Translations under genes and position numbers: made by a program | Shown here: positions 1 to 8,598 of the stretch, piece by piece | Numbering within the stretch: the stretch's first letter is position 1 | How the letters are laid out: every line of letters starts with the position of its first letter | NCBI GenBank assembly: GCA_963717045.1 | Contig: CAVQVD010000015.1 | Location: forward strand, 687,747 to 751,746 | From: an uncultured delta proteobacterium | GTDB lineage: Bacteria; Desulfobacterota; Binatia; Binatales; Binataceae | DNA length: 64,000 nucleotides | Reading direction: 5' to 3' | Notes under the pieces: generated by a model | What the model was told of the DNA's origin: nothing | Databases searched by the model: none | The model's input: only the letters and a program-made list of their open reading frames with translations

Positions 1-1031
1 AGTTCGCGGCTGGGCGATGCGGTCAGCCGATCAAGCTCAACTTCGGTGACGTGGGTTACTACCGCACCATGTACGACCCTGCCACCGAAGAAGCGCTGGC
101 CAAGGCTATCGAAACGATGTCGCCGGCAGATCGCGTCAACCTGCTCGCCGACGATTGGGCGCTGGTCGAGGCGAATCGCATGACCCCCGGCAGGTATTTC
201 ACGCTGGTCGATGCGGTCGCGGAGGATCGCAACCGCGCGGTGTGGGAGCAGGTGATACACACGATCGGCCGCCTCGACGATCTCGAGCGCGGCCTTCCCG
301 GCAGGGCCGCCTTTCAGGCGTACGGGCGATCACGCCTGCGACCCGTCTTCGATCGGCTCGGATGGGACCATGCGGCGGGGGACTCGGAGGACAATACGAT
401 CCTGCGTTCCAAGGTAATCGCGGAGCTGGGCGGCCTAAACGACGGCTCGATCGTGGCCGAAGCGAAGCGGCGCTTTGCGGAGTTCGTGAAGAACCCGAGA
501 TCGCTCGACGTGAATCTGCGCGGCCCGGTGATCTTTCTTGCTGGCCGCAGTGCAGATCGCGCGACCTACGATGAACTGAGGGCGCTCGGCCGTAAGGCTA
601 CCAGCACGGAGCTTCGCGTGCGCTATTACATCGCGCTCGCCGCCGCCGTAAATCCCGAACTGGCCAAAGAAACGCTCGCGATCACCCTGACGGACGAATT
701 GCCGGTCGACCTCGCCAACGGGGTCATCCTGGAAGTCGCGGCAGGGGAGCATCCCGAACTCGCGCTGGCCTTCGTAAAGGCGCACTTTGAAGCGCTGGCC
801 GCGAAGCGCGGCCCCACCTTCCGCGCGTTCTTCATGCCCTCGTTGATGACCAACTTTGCCGACCGTGCGCATGCCGAGGAACTCGCCCACTTCGCGCCGG
901 CGTACGAGACAGCCGGCGGACGGATCGCGGCCGCGCGCGCCCAGGAGGAGATCCTGGAAGCGGCGGACTTCCGCGCGCGCCAGATCCCAGCCGTCGATCA
1001 GTGGGTGAAGCGTCACACGCCCTTGTCTTAG
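1..1031 (+). CDS. M1-family aminopeptidase N, C-terminal (ERAP1_C-like) domain; 5' end lies outside window (partial)
   Basis: Open frame from base 3 with no stop before 1031; LS..DR..LLADDWALVEANRM pattern typical of aminopeptidase N C-terminal domain. Confidence 0.55.
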   Translation, partial: FAAGRCGQPIKLNFGDVGYYRTMYDPATEEALAKAIETMSPADRVNLLADDWALVEANRMTPGRYFTLVDAVAEDRNRAVWEQVIHTIGRLDDLERGLPGRAAFQAYGRSRLRPVFDRLGWDHAAGDSEDNTILRSKVIAELGGLNDGSIVAEAKRRFAEFVKNPRSLDVNLRGPVIFLAGRSADRATYDELRALGRKATSTELRVRYYIALAAAVNPELAKETLAITLTDELPVDLANGVILEVAAGEHPELALAFVKAHFEALAAKRGPTFRAFFMPSLMTNFADRAHAEELAHFAPAYETAGGRIAAARAQEEILEAADFRARQIPAVDQWVKRHTPLS

Positions 1032-1048
1032 CGAGGCGGAGAGACCTC

Positions 1049-1723
1049 ATGCCTGAGCAGCCAGTCTATGGACCGGTCGCAACGCATCTACGGTTCGAAA
1101 ACGAGCACGTGCGCGTCTGGGAAATGGACCTTGTCCCAGGTCAGATCTGCGGGCTGCACCGGCATACGCTCGACTACGTTTTGTACATCCTCGAGGGCGG
1201 CAGGATTTCGGTCGAGTCTCCCGCGATGACCTCGAACCGATTTCCCGGCCGAACCACGTACGAGCTGGAGGTCAGCGCGCGGGCGATTTCATACGTCCCC
1301 GGAGGTGGCGCCGAGAGCGCTCGCAACGTCAGCGCGGGACGGTTTCGCGAGGCCTTGTTCGAGATTCGCCGGCCGCCGCCGAACGGTATCGCCAATCCTG
1401 GTTTCGCTCTGACCGAAGCCGTCGCGGGAAGACCGCCTGAAAGGGGAGAAGTGATGCTGCTCGAGAACACCCGCATCCGGGCGCTAGAGGTGACTCTTCC
1501 TCCGGGCGACAAAGTCGGGCTGCGGCGGTGTCCGCGCGACGCCGCCGTGTTCGTGATTGAAGGCGGCCGAGTGGGACAGCGCGAGGTGCGTGAAGGTAAG
1601 AACGATACGCAGGAACTCGACCTCGCCTCGAGCACCGTACTCTGGCAGCCCAGTGGCTGCGAGCGCGAACTGATCAATGTGGGCTCACGCACATACCGCG
1701 AGCTGCGCCTCGAGTTCCGCTAA
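1049..1723 (+). CDS. bicupin domain protein
   Basis: Two cupin-like cores (VRVWEMDLVPGQICGLHRHTLDYVLYILEGG and IRALEVTLPPGDKVGLRRCPRDAAVFVIEGG); GGAG RBS before ATG 1049. Confidence 0.5.
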   Translation: MPEQPVYGPVATHLRFENEHVRVWEMDLVPGQICGLHRHTLDYVLYILEGGRISVESPAMTSNRFPGRTTYELEVSARAISYVPGGGAESARNVSAGRFREALFEIRRPPPNGIANPGFALTEAVAGRPPERGEVMLLENTRIRALEVTLPPGDKVGLRRCPRDAAVFVIEGGRVGQREVREGKNDTQELDLASSTVLWQPSGCERELINVGSRTYRELRLEFR

Positions 1724-1812
1724 ACCCCGCCACGCCTTGCGGCGCCGGACGCTCTGTATTAGAGCCTGACCATCAGTCTACGTTTTCCGATCTCCGCTTT
1801 TGGAGTGACATA

Positions 1813-3060
1813 ATGCCTACGAACAGTACGCACAACGGGCACAATGGGAATGACGGCGGGCTGCTTGCGGGCCTCCGGGTTATCGACTGCGGAACCTACG
1901 TCGCCGGCCCTGCGGCCGCCACCATCATGTCCGACTTTGGCGCCGAGGTAATCAAAATCGAGCGTCCCGGTGGCGGCGACCTGTGGCGGCTCTTTTCGAA
2001 GCTTCCCGGCACGGCCAAATCGGAACTCGATTGGTGTTGGGTGCTAACGAGCCGCAACAAGAAGAGTGTCGCGTTGGATCTCGGACGTCCCGAAGGACGC
2101 GAAGCTCTGATCCGCCTCGTACGTACTTCCGATGTCTTCCTCACCAATTACCAGAGAACGCTGCTCGAAAAATTTCATCTCACCTGGGAAGACCTGGCAC
2201 CTGTCAACGACCGGCTGATTTATGCGCACCTTACCGGCTATGGCGACGCCGGGGAGGACGCGGATGATCCGGCGTTCGACGCGCTGGCATACTGGGCGCG
2301 TTCAGGTTTGATGACGAGCGTAACCGGAATCGAGGGCTCGCCCAGCGCACCGCGGCCGGGGATGGGCGATCATCCGACCGCAATGTCGCTCTTTGGAGCG
2401 ATCATGCTCGGCCTGTACAGGCGCGAGCGTACTGGGCGCGGATCCAGGGTCAGTACGTCGTTGCTCGCGAGCGGAGCGTGGGCCAACGCGTGCGATATCC
2501 AGGCGAAGCTGTTGAACGCGGTGTTTCCCGCGCGCGGCGAGGGCACGCATCCGCCCAACCCACTCACCGCCGTGTACCTCAGCCGCGATGGCAAGATGTT
2601 TCTCCTGGTGCTGATCGATCCGGACAACGAGTTTCCGCGCCTGTGCCAGGCTTTCGGCCAGCCGGAGCTGGGTACGGGGGAGCTATTCGCGACCAATGAC
2701 GGCCGCGACCGGAACGCGGCGGCGCTGTATGCAATTCTGCAATCGGAGTTCGAGTCGCGGGACCTCGCGGAGTGGCGCATGATCTTTAAAGGTAACGACA
2801 TCAAATGGGCGCCCCTCCCCAAGCTCGACGACGTCGTCAAAGATCCCCAGATGCGCGCCGCCGAGGCTATCATCGAAATGGACTATCCCGGGGCGGGTAT
2901 CGTCGAGACGGTGAACAGCCCGCTTTTTGTCTCCGGCGTGGAGAAGCGAAAACCCACTGCGGCGGCTGAGGTTGGCGCTCACACTCGCGAAGTATTGCAG
3001 GAACTCGGCTACGGCGCCGACGCGATCGAGTCGATACTGCGCGATAGTGCCCGGGGATAG
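1813..3060 (+). CDS. CoA-transferase family III (CaiB/BaiF-type)
   Basis: N-terminal GLRVIDCGTYVAGPAAATIMSDFGAEVIKIE motif characteristic of family III CoA transferases. Confidence 0.8.
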   Translation: MPTNSTHNGHNGNDGGLLAGLRVIDCGTYVAGPAAATIMSDFGAEVIKIERPGGGDLWRLFSKLPGTAKSELDWCWVLTSRNKKSVALDLGRPEGREALIRLVRTSDVFLTNYQRTLLEKFHLTWEDLAPVNDRLIYAHLTGYGDAGEDADDPAFDALAYWARSGLMTSVTGIEGSPSAPRPGMGDHPTAMSLFGAIMLGLYRRERTGRGSRVSTSLLASGAWANACDIQAKLLNAVFPARGEGTHPPNPLTAVYLSRDGKMFLLVLIDPDNEFPRLCQAFGQPELGTGELFATNDGRDRNAAALYAILQSEFESRDLAEWRMIFKGNDIKWAPLPKLDDVVKDPQMRAAEAIIEMDYPGAGIVETVNSPLFVSGVEKRKPTAAAEVGAHTREVLQELGYGADAIESILRDSARG

Positions 3061-3216
3061 GCGTTTCCTCTCACTCCGCCATTACCGCCGCGGACCCGAG
3101 TGAGATAAGCTGGGGGCGGGGCTTACGGCATTTTTTGGCATTTAAGGAACGTAAAGGCTAAGCAAAAAGCACAGCGATTCCTTCGCACAAGGTCGCTAAA
3201 GGAGCTGAGATAAACG

Positions 3217-4569
3217 ATGCATTTCATGTGGTTTACGGAACGGGCGTACCATTACGATCCTGAGGTTGATCCGGCGAAGTACCATGCGTTGGAGAATCAG
3301 ATCGTCGGACTGCGCAGCTTCTTCAACACTCCTAATCGCTTCTTCGAACGCGAGCACGGGGCGAAACTGCTCAACCAGTATCTCGACGAGAAAATCTACA
3401 CCGATTCCGAGCTCAAGAATTTCGACGGCGTGATGCTCAACGAGCATCATGGCACGCCATTTTGCCTCGGCGCGGTGATGGATGTCGAAGCTTCGATCCT
3501 GGCCAAGACCACCAAGCGGCTGAAGATGGTTCTGCTCGGCAATCCCGTCGCCACCGTCGCCAATCCGCTGCGCCTGGCGGAAGAGCTCGCCATGATTGAT
3601 CTCATCTCGGGCGGACGCCTGGTCTCCGGATGGGTGCGCGGTGCCGGTTCCGAGCAGTTCGCCAACAACACCAATCCGGCGCTTAATCGCGAACTGTTCG
3701 AGGAAGGCGTCGAGTTCATCGTCAAGGCGTGGACCACGCCCGGGCCGTTCCGCTACGAAGGCAAGCACTTCAATTTCCGCAACGTGAATCCCTGGGTGCT
3801 GCCGCTCCAGCGGCCGCATCCGCCGTTCTGGATTCCCGGCCTGGTGAGTCCCGATACCGCCTTCTGGTGCGCCCGTAAGCGCTATCCGTACGTCGCCCTC
3901 GCAACCAGGCTGCAGCCAACGATCGAGCTGTGGGACTTCTATGCCAAGGCCGCGGCTCAGGAGGGCTACCAGGCGGGGCCGGAGAATTTCGGTTACCTGC
4001 AGCCGGTGGTGGTGGCCGATACGCAGGAGCGGGCGGAAGAACTCGGCAAGCGGATTCTCTTCGGCGGCGCCTTTGCGCACTTCGCGCGGCCGGAGTGGAT
4101 GTTCCCGCCGGGATACAATTCCAAGGCCGCGACCAAGCGGCTGGCCGAAGTGAATTTCGGCGCCAACGCGGCGGCCAAGTCGCTTTATGGCGACGGCGGC
4201 AACAACGAATCCCAGGAACAGATCGAGGCCGTCAAGCAGCACATCTACAACGGCTATCCGGACGTCCTTAAAGACTACGTGATGATTGCCGGCACGCCGG
4301 ACAATGTGATTCCCAAGCTCTGCAAAGTGCTCGACGTCCTGCGGCCGGGAATCTTTTCGTTCTGGCTCGACGGACCGGTGCCCGCGAAGGACCGGATGCG
4401 ATGTCTTGAGTTGCTGAACCGCGACGTGATCCCGGCTATGCGTGACTACGGCAAGACGCTCGGACTGGTCGACCCGTTCAAACGCGCGCCCGGCTCGCGC
4501 CTCTTGCGCGCGGGGGTTACACCCGACCCAGTGAGCAATGCCGACGCGCTCGCCTCGATAGGTGCCTGA
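3217..4569 (+). CDS. LLM-class (luciferase-like) flavin-dependent oxidoreductase
   Basis: 450 aa, luciferase-like monooxygenase pattern (LNEHHGTPF, LRLAEELAMIDLISGGRL); strong GGAG RBS. Confidence 0.75.
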   Translation: MHFMWFTERAYHYDPEVDPAKYHALENQIVGLRSFFNTPNRFFEREHGAKLLNQYLDEKIYTDSELKNFDGVMLNEHHGTPFCLGAVMDVEASILAKTTKRLKMVLLGNPVATVANPLRLAEELAMIDLISGGRLVSGWVRGAGSEQFANNTNPALNRELFEEGVEFIVKAWTTPGPFRYEGKHFNFRNVNPWVLPLQRPHPPFWIPGLVSPDTAFWCARKRYPYVALATRLQPTIELWDFYAKAAAQEGYQAGPENFGYLQPVVVADTQERAEELGKRILFGGAFAHFARPEWMFPPGYNSKAATKRLAEVNFGANAAAKSLYGDGGNNESQEQIEAVKQHIYNGYPDVLKDYVMIAGTPDNVIPKLCKVLDVLRPGIFSFWLDGPVPAKDRMRCLELLNRDVIPAMRDYGKTLGLVDPFKRAPGSRLLRAGVTPDPVSNADALASIGA

Positions 4570-4587
4570 AGCGAAATTGACGCAACC

Positions 4588-4620
4588 CCTGGGCCGGACT
4601 GCCAATCCGGTCGGCCCAGG
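4588..4620 (+). terminator. GC-rich stem-loop (9-bp stem CCTGGGCCG/CGGCCCAGG) downstream of LLM gene, no U-tract
   Basis: Perfect inverted repeat seen in sequence 19 nt after stop codon; separates LLM gene from CuMMO operon. Confidence 0.35.
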
Positions 4621-4701
4621 GTTCACACCCCGCCCCCCTCCCTTAATAAGCCGCAAATCCAATCTTGCCTGAGAACTCCCGTTCCCGGAGGTCTTCGGCT
4701 G

Positions 4702-4730
4702 TTGACGGCGGCTGAAAATCGGTCTAAACG
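4702..4730 (+). promoter_or_regulatory. possible sigma70-like promoter for CuMMO operon (TTGACG-17 nt-TAAACG)
   Basis: Hexamers with 17-nt spacing about 40 nt upstream of subunit C start; weak -10, speculative. Confidence 0.2.
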
Positions 4731-4769
4731 GGCATAAGGAAAGCAAATTTCTTAGGCGAGGGTCTGCTT

Positions 4770-5606
4770 ATGAGCTCTATCGAAGAGGTGGCGGCAGGAC
4801 GTCGTCCAACCGATTGGCTGGTCGGTTGGAAAACCTTATTTGTCGGATGCGGGCTGCTGATGGCCTGCAACATTTTCCTCTGGATCTGGGACTATAAATA
4901 CGCCTTCACCGCGGGACTGGATTCCTCGAGCCGCGCCTTCGCGCTTCATTATCGCACGCTGTTCTGGGCTGAACTGCTGAGCGTTGGGGCCTTTGCAGGC
5001 GTGTGGTACGGATGGCTGGTGCGCACCGGCCGGACTCTCGTCGGCGAATCGATACCGCCCGCCGAAGAGACTCGCCGGGTCGTGGTGCTGTGGGGAATTA
5101 TCGGAGTTACCAGTCTCTCGATCTATATCGAGGCGAGCTTTTGGCCCAACTGGGACGGTGCGTGGCATCAGACGATGGTGCGCGACACCGCGCTCACTCC
5201 TACGCACATCCCGATGTTCTATTTTTTCTTTCCGATGTCGGTGGTGCTCGCTTTAGGAGCATACCTCTACGGCCGATTCAGGTTGCCGGCAGTCTACGGC
5301 GGCGAGAAGGGATTTCCATGGTCGTTCTTTCTGCTGATTGCCGCCGCCGTTCTGGAATTCGTCGAGGTCGCCTTCAACGAATGGGGTCACAGCCTCTGGA
5401 TGTCGGAGGAATTCTTCTCGGTGCCGTTCCACTGGCCATTTGTCATTTATGGATGGCTGGCGGGCGGAATGTTCGCGGTGTGGGGCGAAACCATCCTGCA
5501 TCTGTTCCAGATCGAAAAAGAGGGCGCGCGCGGTCGAAGAACTGCCGACGCATACGGCTGCCGCCGGCTAAGTGGGCCAGCGGTCCGCGGCTCTTTTCAA
5601 ACCTGA
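4770..5606 (+). CDS. pmoC: copper membrane monooxygenase subunit C (PmoC/AmoC family)
   Basis: Aligns along whole length to AmoC/PmoC: FWPNWDGAWHQTMVRDTALTPTH (Asp/His/His metal ligands), NEWGHSLWMSEEFFSVPFHWPFV. Confidence 0.9.
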   Translation: MSSIEEVAAGRRPTDWLVGWKTLFVGCGLLMACNIFLWIWDYKYAFTAGLDSSSRAFALHYRTLFWAELLSVGAFAGVWYGWLVRTGRTLVGESIPPAEETRRVVVLWGIIGVTSLSIYIEASFWPNWDGAWHQTMVRDTALTPTHIPMFYFFFPMSVVLALGAYLYGRFRLPAVYGGEKGFPWSFFLLIAAAVLEFVEVAFNEWGHSLWMSEEFFSVPFHWPFVIYGWLAGGMFAVWGETILHLFQIEKEGARGRRTADAYGCRRLSGPAVRGSFQT

Positions 5607-5656
5607 CGTCCTATTGGATCTTGCTGAGATTTTGCTGACATCTTGCGAGGAGAGGC

Positions 5657-6454
5657 ATGGCGACAGCACCATCGATAACGGCGGCCGCCGCGGCGGAAAG
5701 ACAACGCAGGCTTGCGCTGCGTGACCTGCTCAACGCGAAATATCAGTGGATCGATCGCACCTGGGACGCGGTCTTCTGGATCACGGCGATCTTTGTTGTC
5801 GCCGGAGCCGCGGATATAACGCGGCTGCTGTTCGCTGGCGACTGGGATTTCTGGACCGATTGGAAAGATCCGCAATGGTGGCCGGTGGTCACCGCCTTCG
5901 CCACCATCATCATTCCGTCCGCGCTCCAATACATTCAGTGGGCCGCATGGCGCTTTCCCACCGGTGCGACCTACACCTGCGTATGCCTCTTCATGGCTTC
6001 GTGGATCGGACGTTACTTCCAATGGCACGTTGCCGAGGGCTATCCGATGAATTTCGTATGGCCGATATCGACGATCCCGGCGGCCATAATTCTCGACTGG
6101 CTATTGATGAGAACGAAGAGCTTCGTACTGACGTCGCTTTTCGGGGGAGGGATATGGGCGGTGATGGTGTGGAGTTTCAACTACATCCCGCTCGCTCCGT
6201 TCCTCCAGCCGATGCAATTCATGCATCACATTCTTACCGTCGCGGACGTCCAGGGAATCGTTTACATCCGCACCCAGACACCCGAATACATGCGGCATAT
6301 CGAGCGCGGCGCGTTGCGCAGCTTTCTCGGTGAGACGCAGTACGTATCGCTGCTGTTTGGCGGCACGCTGGCGATGCTCGGTTATTGGATCGGCCAGTTC
6401 ATCGGGCGCTATCTCGCCGTGTGGCCGATTGGCAGATACATCAAGACCGTTTAA
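5657..6454 (+). CDS. pmoA: copper membrane monooxygenase subunit A (PmoA/AmoA family)
   Basis: LLFAGDWDFWTDWKDPQWWPVV ... YIRTQTPEYMRHIERGALRSF, near-identical to hallmark AmoA/PmoA blocks; GGAGAGG RBS. Confidence 0.9.
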   Translation: MATAPSITAAAAAERQRRLALRDLLNAKYQWIDRTWDAVFWITAIFVVAGAADITRLLFAGDWDFWTDWKDPQWWPVVTAFATIIIPSALQYIQWAAWRFPTGATYTCVCLFMASWIGRYFQWHVAEGYPMNFVWPISTIPAAIILDWLLMRTKSFVLTSLFGGGIWAVMVWSFNYIPLAPFLQPMQFMHHILTVADVQGIVYIRTQTPEYMRHIERGALRSFLGETQYVSLLFGGTLAMLGYWIGQFIGRYLAVWPIGRYIKTV

Positions 6455-6475
6455 AGCCGCTTCGGGGAAACAGCT

Positions 6476-6709
6476 ATGCGCATCGTCTTTCGCCTCTCGC
6501 GCGCCACGATGGTCGCGCTCTTATGGACCGGTATATTCGCCGCCCGCGCGTATGCTCACGGAGGAATTGCCGGACCCGACGAACTTGGGCCGCCGGTAAT
6601 CACCTCGGCCGTACTTGGCATTGGGGGCTATTGGCTAATGATGCTGTGGCCAGCGCGCAGCCGTCCTGTCGTCAACAACAGACGCAAATCGGCGCGTCAC
6701 GCGCGATGA
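6476..6709 (+). CDS. small hypothetical exported membrane protein encoded between subunits A and B (signal peptide, N-terminal His after predicted cleavage, one TM helix, basic tail)
   Basis: 77-aa ORF with GGGGAA RBS-like element; signal peptide ...ARAYA|HGG mirrors PmoB signal peptide ...PRAFA|HGE; fills otherwise 310-bp A-B gap. Confidence 0.35.
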   Translation: MRIVFRLSRATMVALLWTGIFAARAYAHGGIAGPDELGPPVITSAVLGIGGYWLMMLWPARSRPVVNNRRKSARHAR

Positions 6710-6764
6710 ACGCGATGAAATAGAAGAGTCTTCAGGCGATTTCTACGCCATTCGGGGAGGCGGA

Positions 6765-8015
6765 ATGCGAATGCGACTTCCGGTTGTTTTGTCAGCGGCT
6801 CTCTTCTTGCTGTCCGCGTCGTACGCGCCGCGCGCCTTTGCCCATGGCGAAGCGGCGGACGAGCCGTTCCTCAAGGATCTGACGGTCGCCTTCTATGACG
6901 TGCACATTTCTCCGACCGAGATCAAAGTAGGTGAGCCGGTTACGATCACCGGAGCGGTAAAAATTCTCGAGACCTGGCCCTATACGCTGGATCCGCCGCA
7001 AACCGCCTACATCACGCCGGTAGTTCCAGGACCAGTATTCGCGCTCACTGACCGCGAGGTGAATGGAGCTCAGACCCCCGGCTCAATCCTGGTCGACAAG
7101 GGGGGAATCTATCATTTCAGGATGGTGATAAAGGGCCGCCGTCCCGGAAACTGGCACGTGCATCCGGGAATCGCGATCCAGGGTACCGGAACTCTCATCG
7201 GCCCGGGCGAGTGGGTCGCGGTTGAGCCGGGCGCCGAGCCCTTCAAGATGGACGTGACGCTGCTCACCGGTCAGACCGTCAACCTCGAGCACTATGGCGG
7301 CAGCTTCGTCTGGTGGTGGTCATTCGCCGGATTCCTGATTGGCATGGTCTGGCTGCTCTATTGGACCGTGCCCAAGCGGACTGTCACCCGTCTCGCGGTG
7401 ACCACGCAAATTCCGGTCAACGACGATGCGCCTGACATCGGACTAATCACGCCGCGCGATCACATGTGGATGGACGTGCTAGCCGGCGCGATAATCGCGA
7501 TACTCGTGGTCGGCTGGATTTACATGGCGGTGAAGTTTCCCGTGCGGCTGCCGCAACAGACGGTGCGGTTTGCGCCCGAGGTCATCGACCCCAGTACTCA
7601 CTCGGCCCAGGTGATGAAGGCGGATTCGGTTTACGATGAGCAAAGCGACACCTTGGTTATAAAGGTAACGGTTAAGAACACCGGGACCACTCCGTTGAGA
7701 CTGAAGCAGTACATCATGGCGATGGCTACGTTCGTCAACGGCGACAAAGACGAACTGGCCAAGGCTGGGCCGGCGCATTACGTCGGCCGGATGCAGGTCG
7801 AGCCCGACTCTCCGATCGAGCCCGGCCAGACTGCAAACCTGCAATTGAAGATCAGCAGCCCGCTGTTCGACGAAGAACGGCTTATCCCGCTGCATGATCC
7901 GCAGGAACGAATCGCGGGGCTGTTGCGCTTTACCGATCCGAAGGGCCATGAGGATCTCGTGACCCTGAAGACCGATCTCGTGCCAACGGAGTTTCGCCCG
8001 CAATACCTGCCTTAG
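6765..8015 (+). CDS. pmoB: copper membrane monooxygenase subunit B (PmoB/AmoB family)
   Basis: Signal peptide then HGE (N-terminal His ligand), KGRRPGNWHVHPG (HxH ligands), TLLTGQTVNLEHYGG, two TM helices and C-terminal cupredoxin-like domain. Confidence 0.9.
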   Translation: MRMRLPVVLSAALFLLSASYAPRAFAHGEAADEPFLKDLTVAFYDVHISPTEIKVGEPVTITGAVKILETWPYTLDPPQTAYITPVVPGPVFALTDREVNGAQTPGSILVDKGGIYHFRMVIKGRRPGNWHVHPGIAIQGTGTLIGPGEWVAVEPGAEPFKMDVTLLTGQTVNLEHYGGSFVWWWSFAGFLIGMVWLLYWTVPKRTVTRLAVTTQIPVNDDAPDIGLITPRDHMWMDVLAGAIIAILVVGWIYMAVKFPVRLPQQTVRFAPEVIDPSTHSAQVMKADSVYDEQSDTLVIKVTVKNTGTTPLRLKQYIMAMATFVNGDKDELAKAGPAHYVGRMQVEPDSPIEPGQTANLQLKISSPLFDEERLIPLHDPQERIAGLLRFTDPKGHEDLVTLKTDLVPTEFRPQYLP

Positions 8016-8037
8016 CGCGGACTGGATAAGGAGCGAC

Positions 8038-8583
8038 GTGAAGATCAAACGACGGGAGTTCCTGCACAAGAGTGCACTTGTGGTCGCCGGCGTATCCGCG
8101 GCTGCCGCCGGTGTAGCGGTCACCGGCTTGGCCGCCGAATGGACTGCCCATCTGAAGAAATTTCGCCCGCATGAGGCCGAAGCGCTGCTCAAGATGGCGC
8201 GGCAGATATTTCCGCACGACCGTCTAGACGATAGCTACTATATAAAAGTAGTCGAAGACCTCGATGCAGAGGCGTCAAGCACGCCCGCTACCGCCCGCAT
8301 GATAAGTGCGGGAGTAGCCAATCTCGATCGTTCGGCCAAGGGCAACTTCGCCGCTCAGCCGGCTGTCGACCAGGTCGCCGCGCTCAAGAAGATTGAGGAT
8401 ACGCCATTCTTCGAAAAAGTTCGCAGCACGGAACTGGTTTCGCTCTATAACAACCAGGAAGTCTGGAAGGTTTTCGGATACCAGGGCGCCTCCTATCGCT
8501 TCGGCGGCTACCTGCATCACGGCTTCGACGATTTGAACTGGCTGCCTCAACCACCCGAAGTAGCAAGCCCGAAACCAGGCTGA
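8038..8583 (+). CDS. gluconate 2-dehydrogenase subunit 3 family protein (Tat-exported small subunit of membrane flavoprotein dehydrogenases)
   Basis: Twin-arginine signal KRREFLHKSALVVAGVSAAAAG; 181 aa; immediately precedes GMC flavoprotein. Confidence 0.65.
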   Translation: MKIKRREFLHKSALVVAGVSAAAAGVAVTGLAAEWTAHLKKFRPHEAEALLKMARQIFPHDRLDDSYYIKVVEDLDAEASSTPATARMISAGVANLDRSAKGNFAAQPAVDQVAALKKIEDTPFFEKVRSTELVSLYNNQEVWKVFGYQGASYRFGGYLHHGFDDLNWLPQPPEVASPKPG

Positions 8584-8598
8584 ACGGAGAGTTGCGAC

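Noticed and set aside
3196-4746. 516-aa ORF antisense to the LLM oxidoreductase gene
   Set aside because: Fully overlaps a well-supported gene on the opposite strand. Arg/Gly/Pro-rich, low-complexity translation typical of antisense frames in 65% GC DNA.
7479-8192. 237-aa ORF antisense to pmoB
   Set aside because: Overlaps the strongly supported subunit B gene and has no recognisable motifs. GC-driven spurious ORF.
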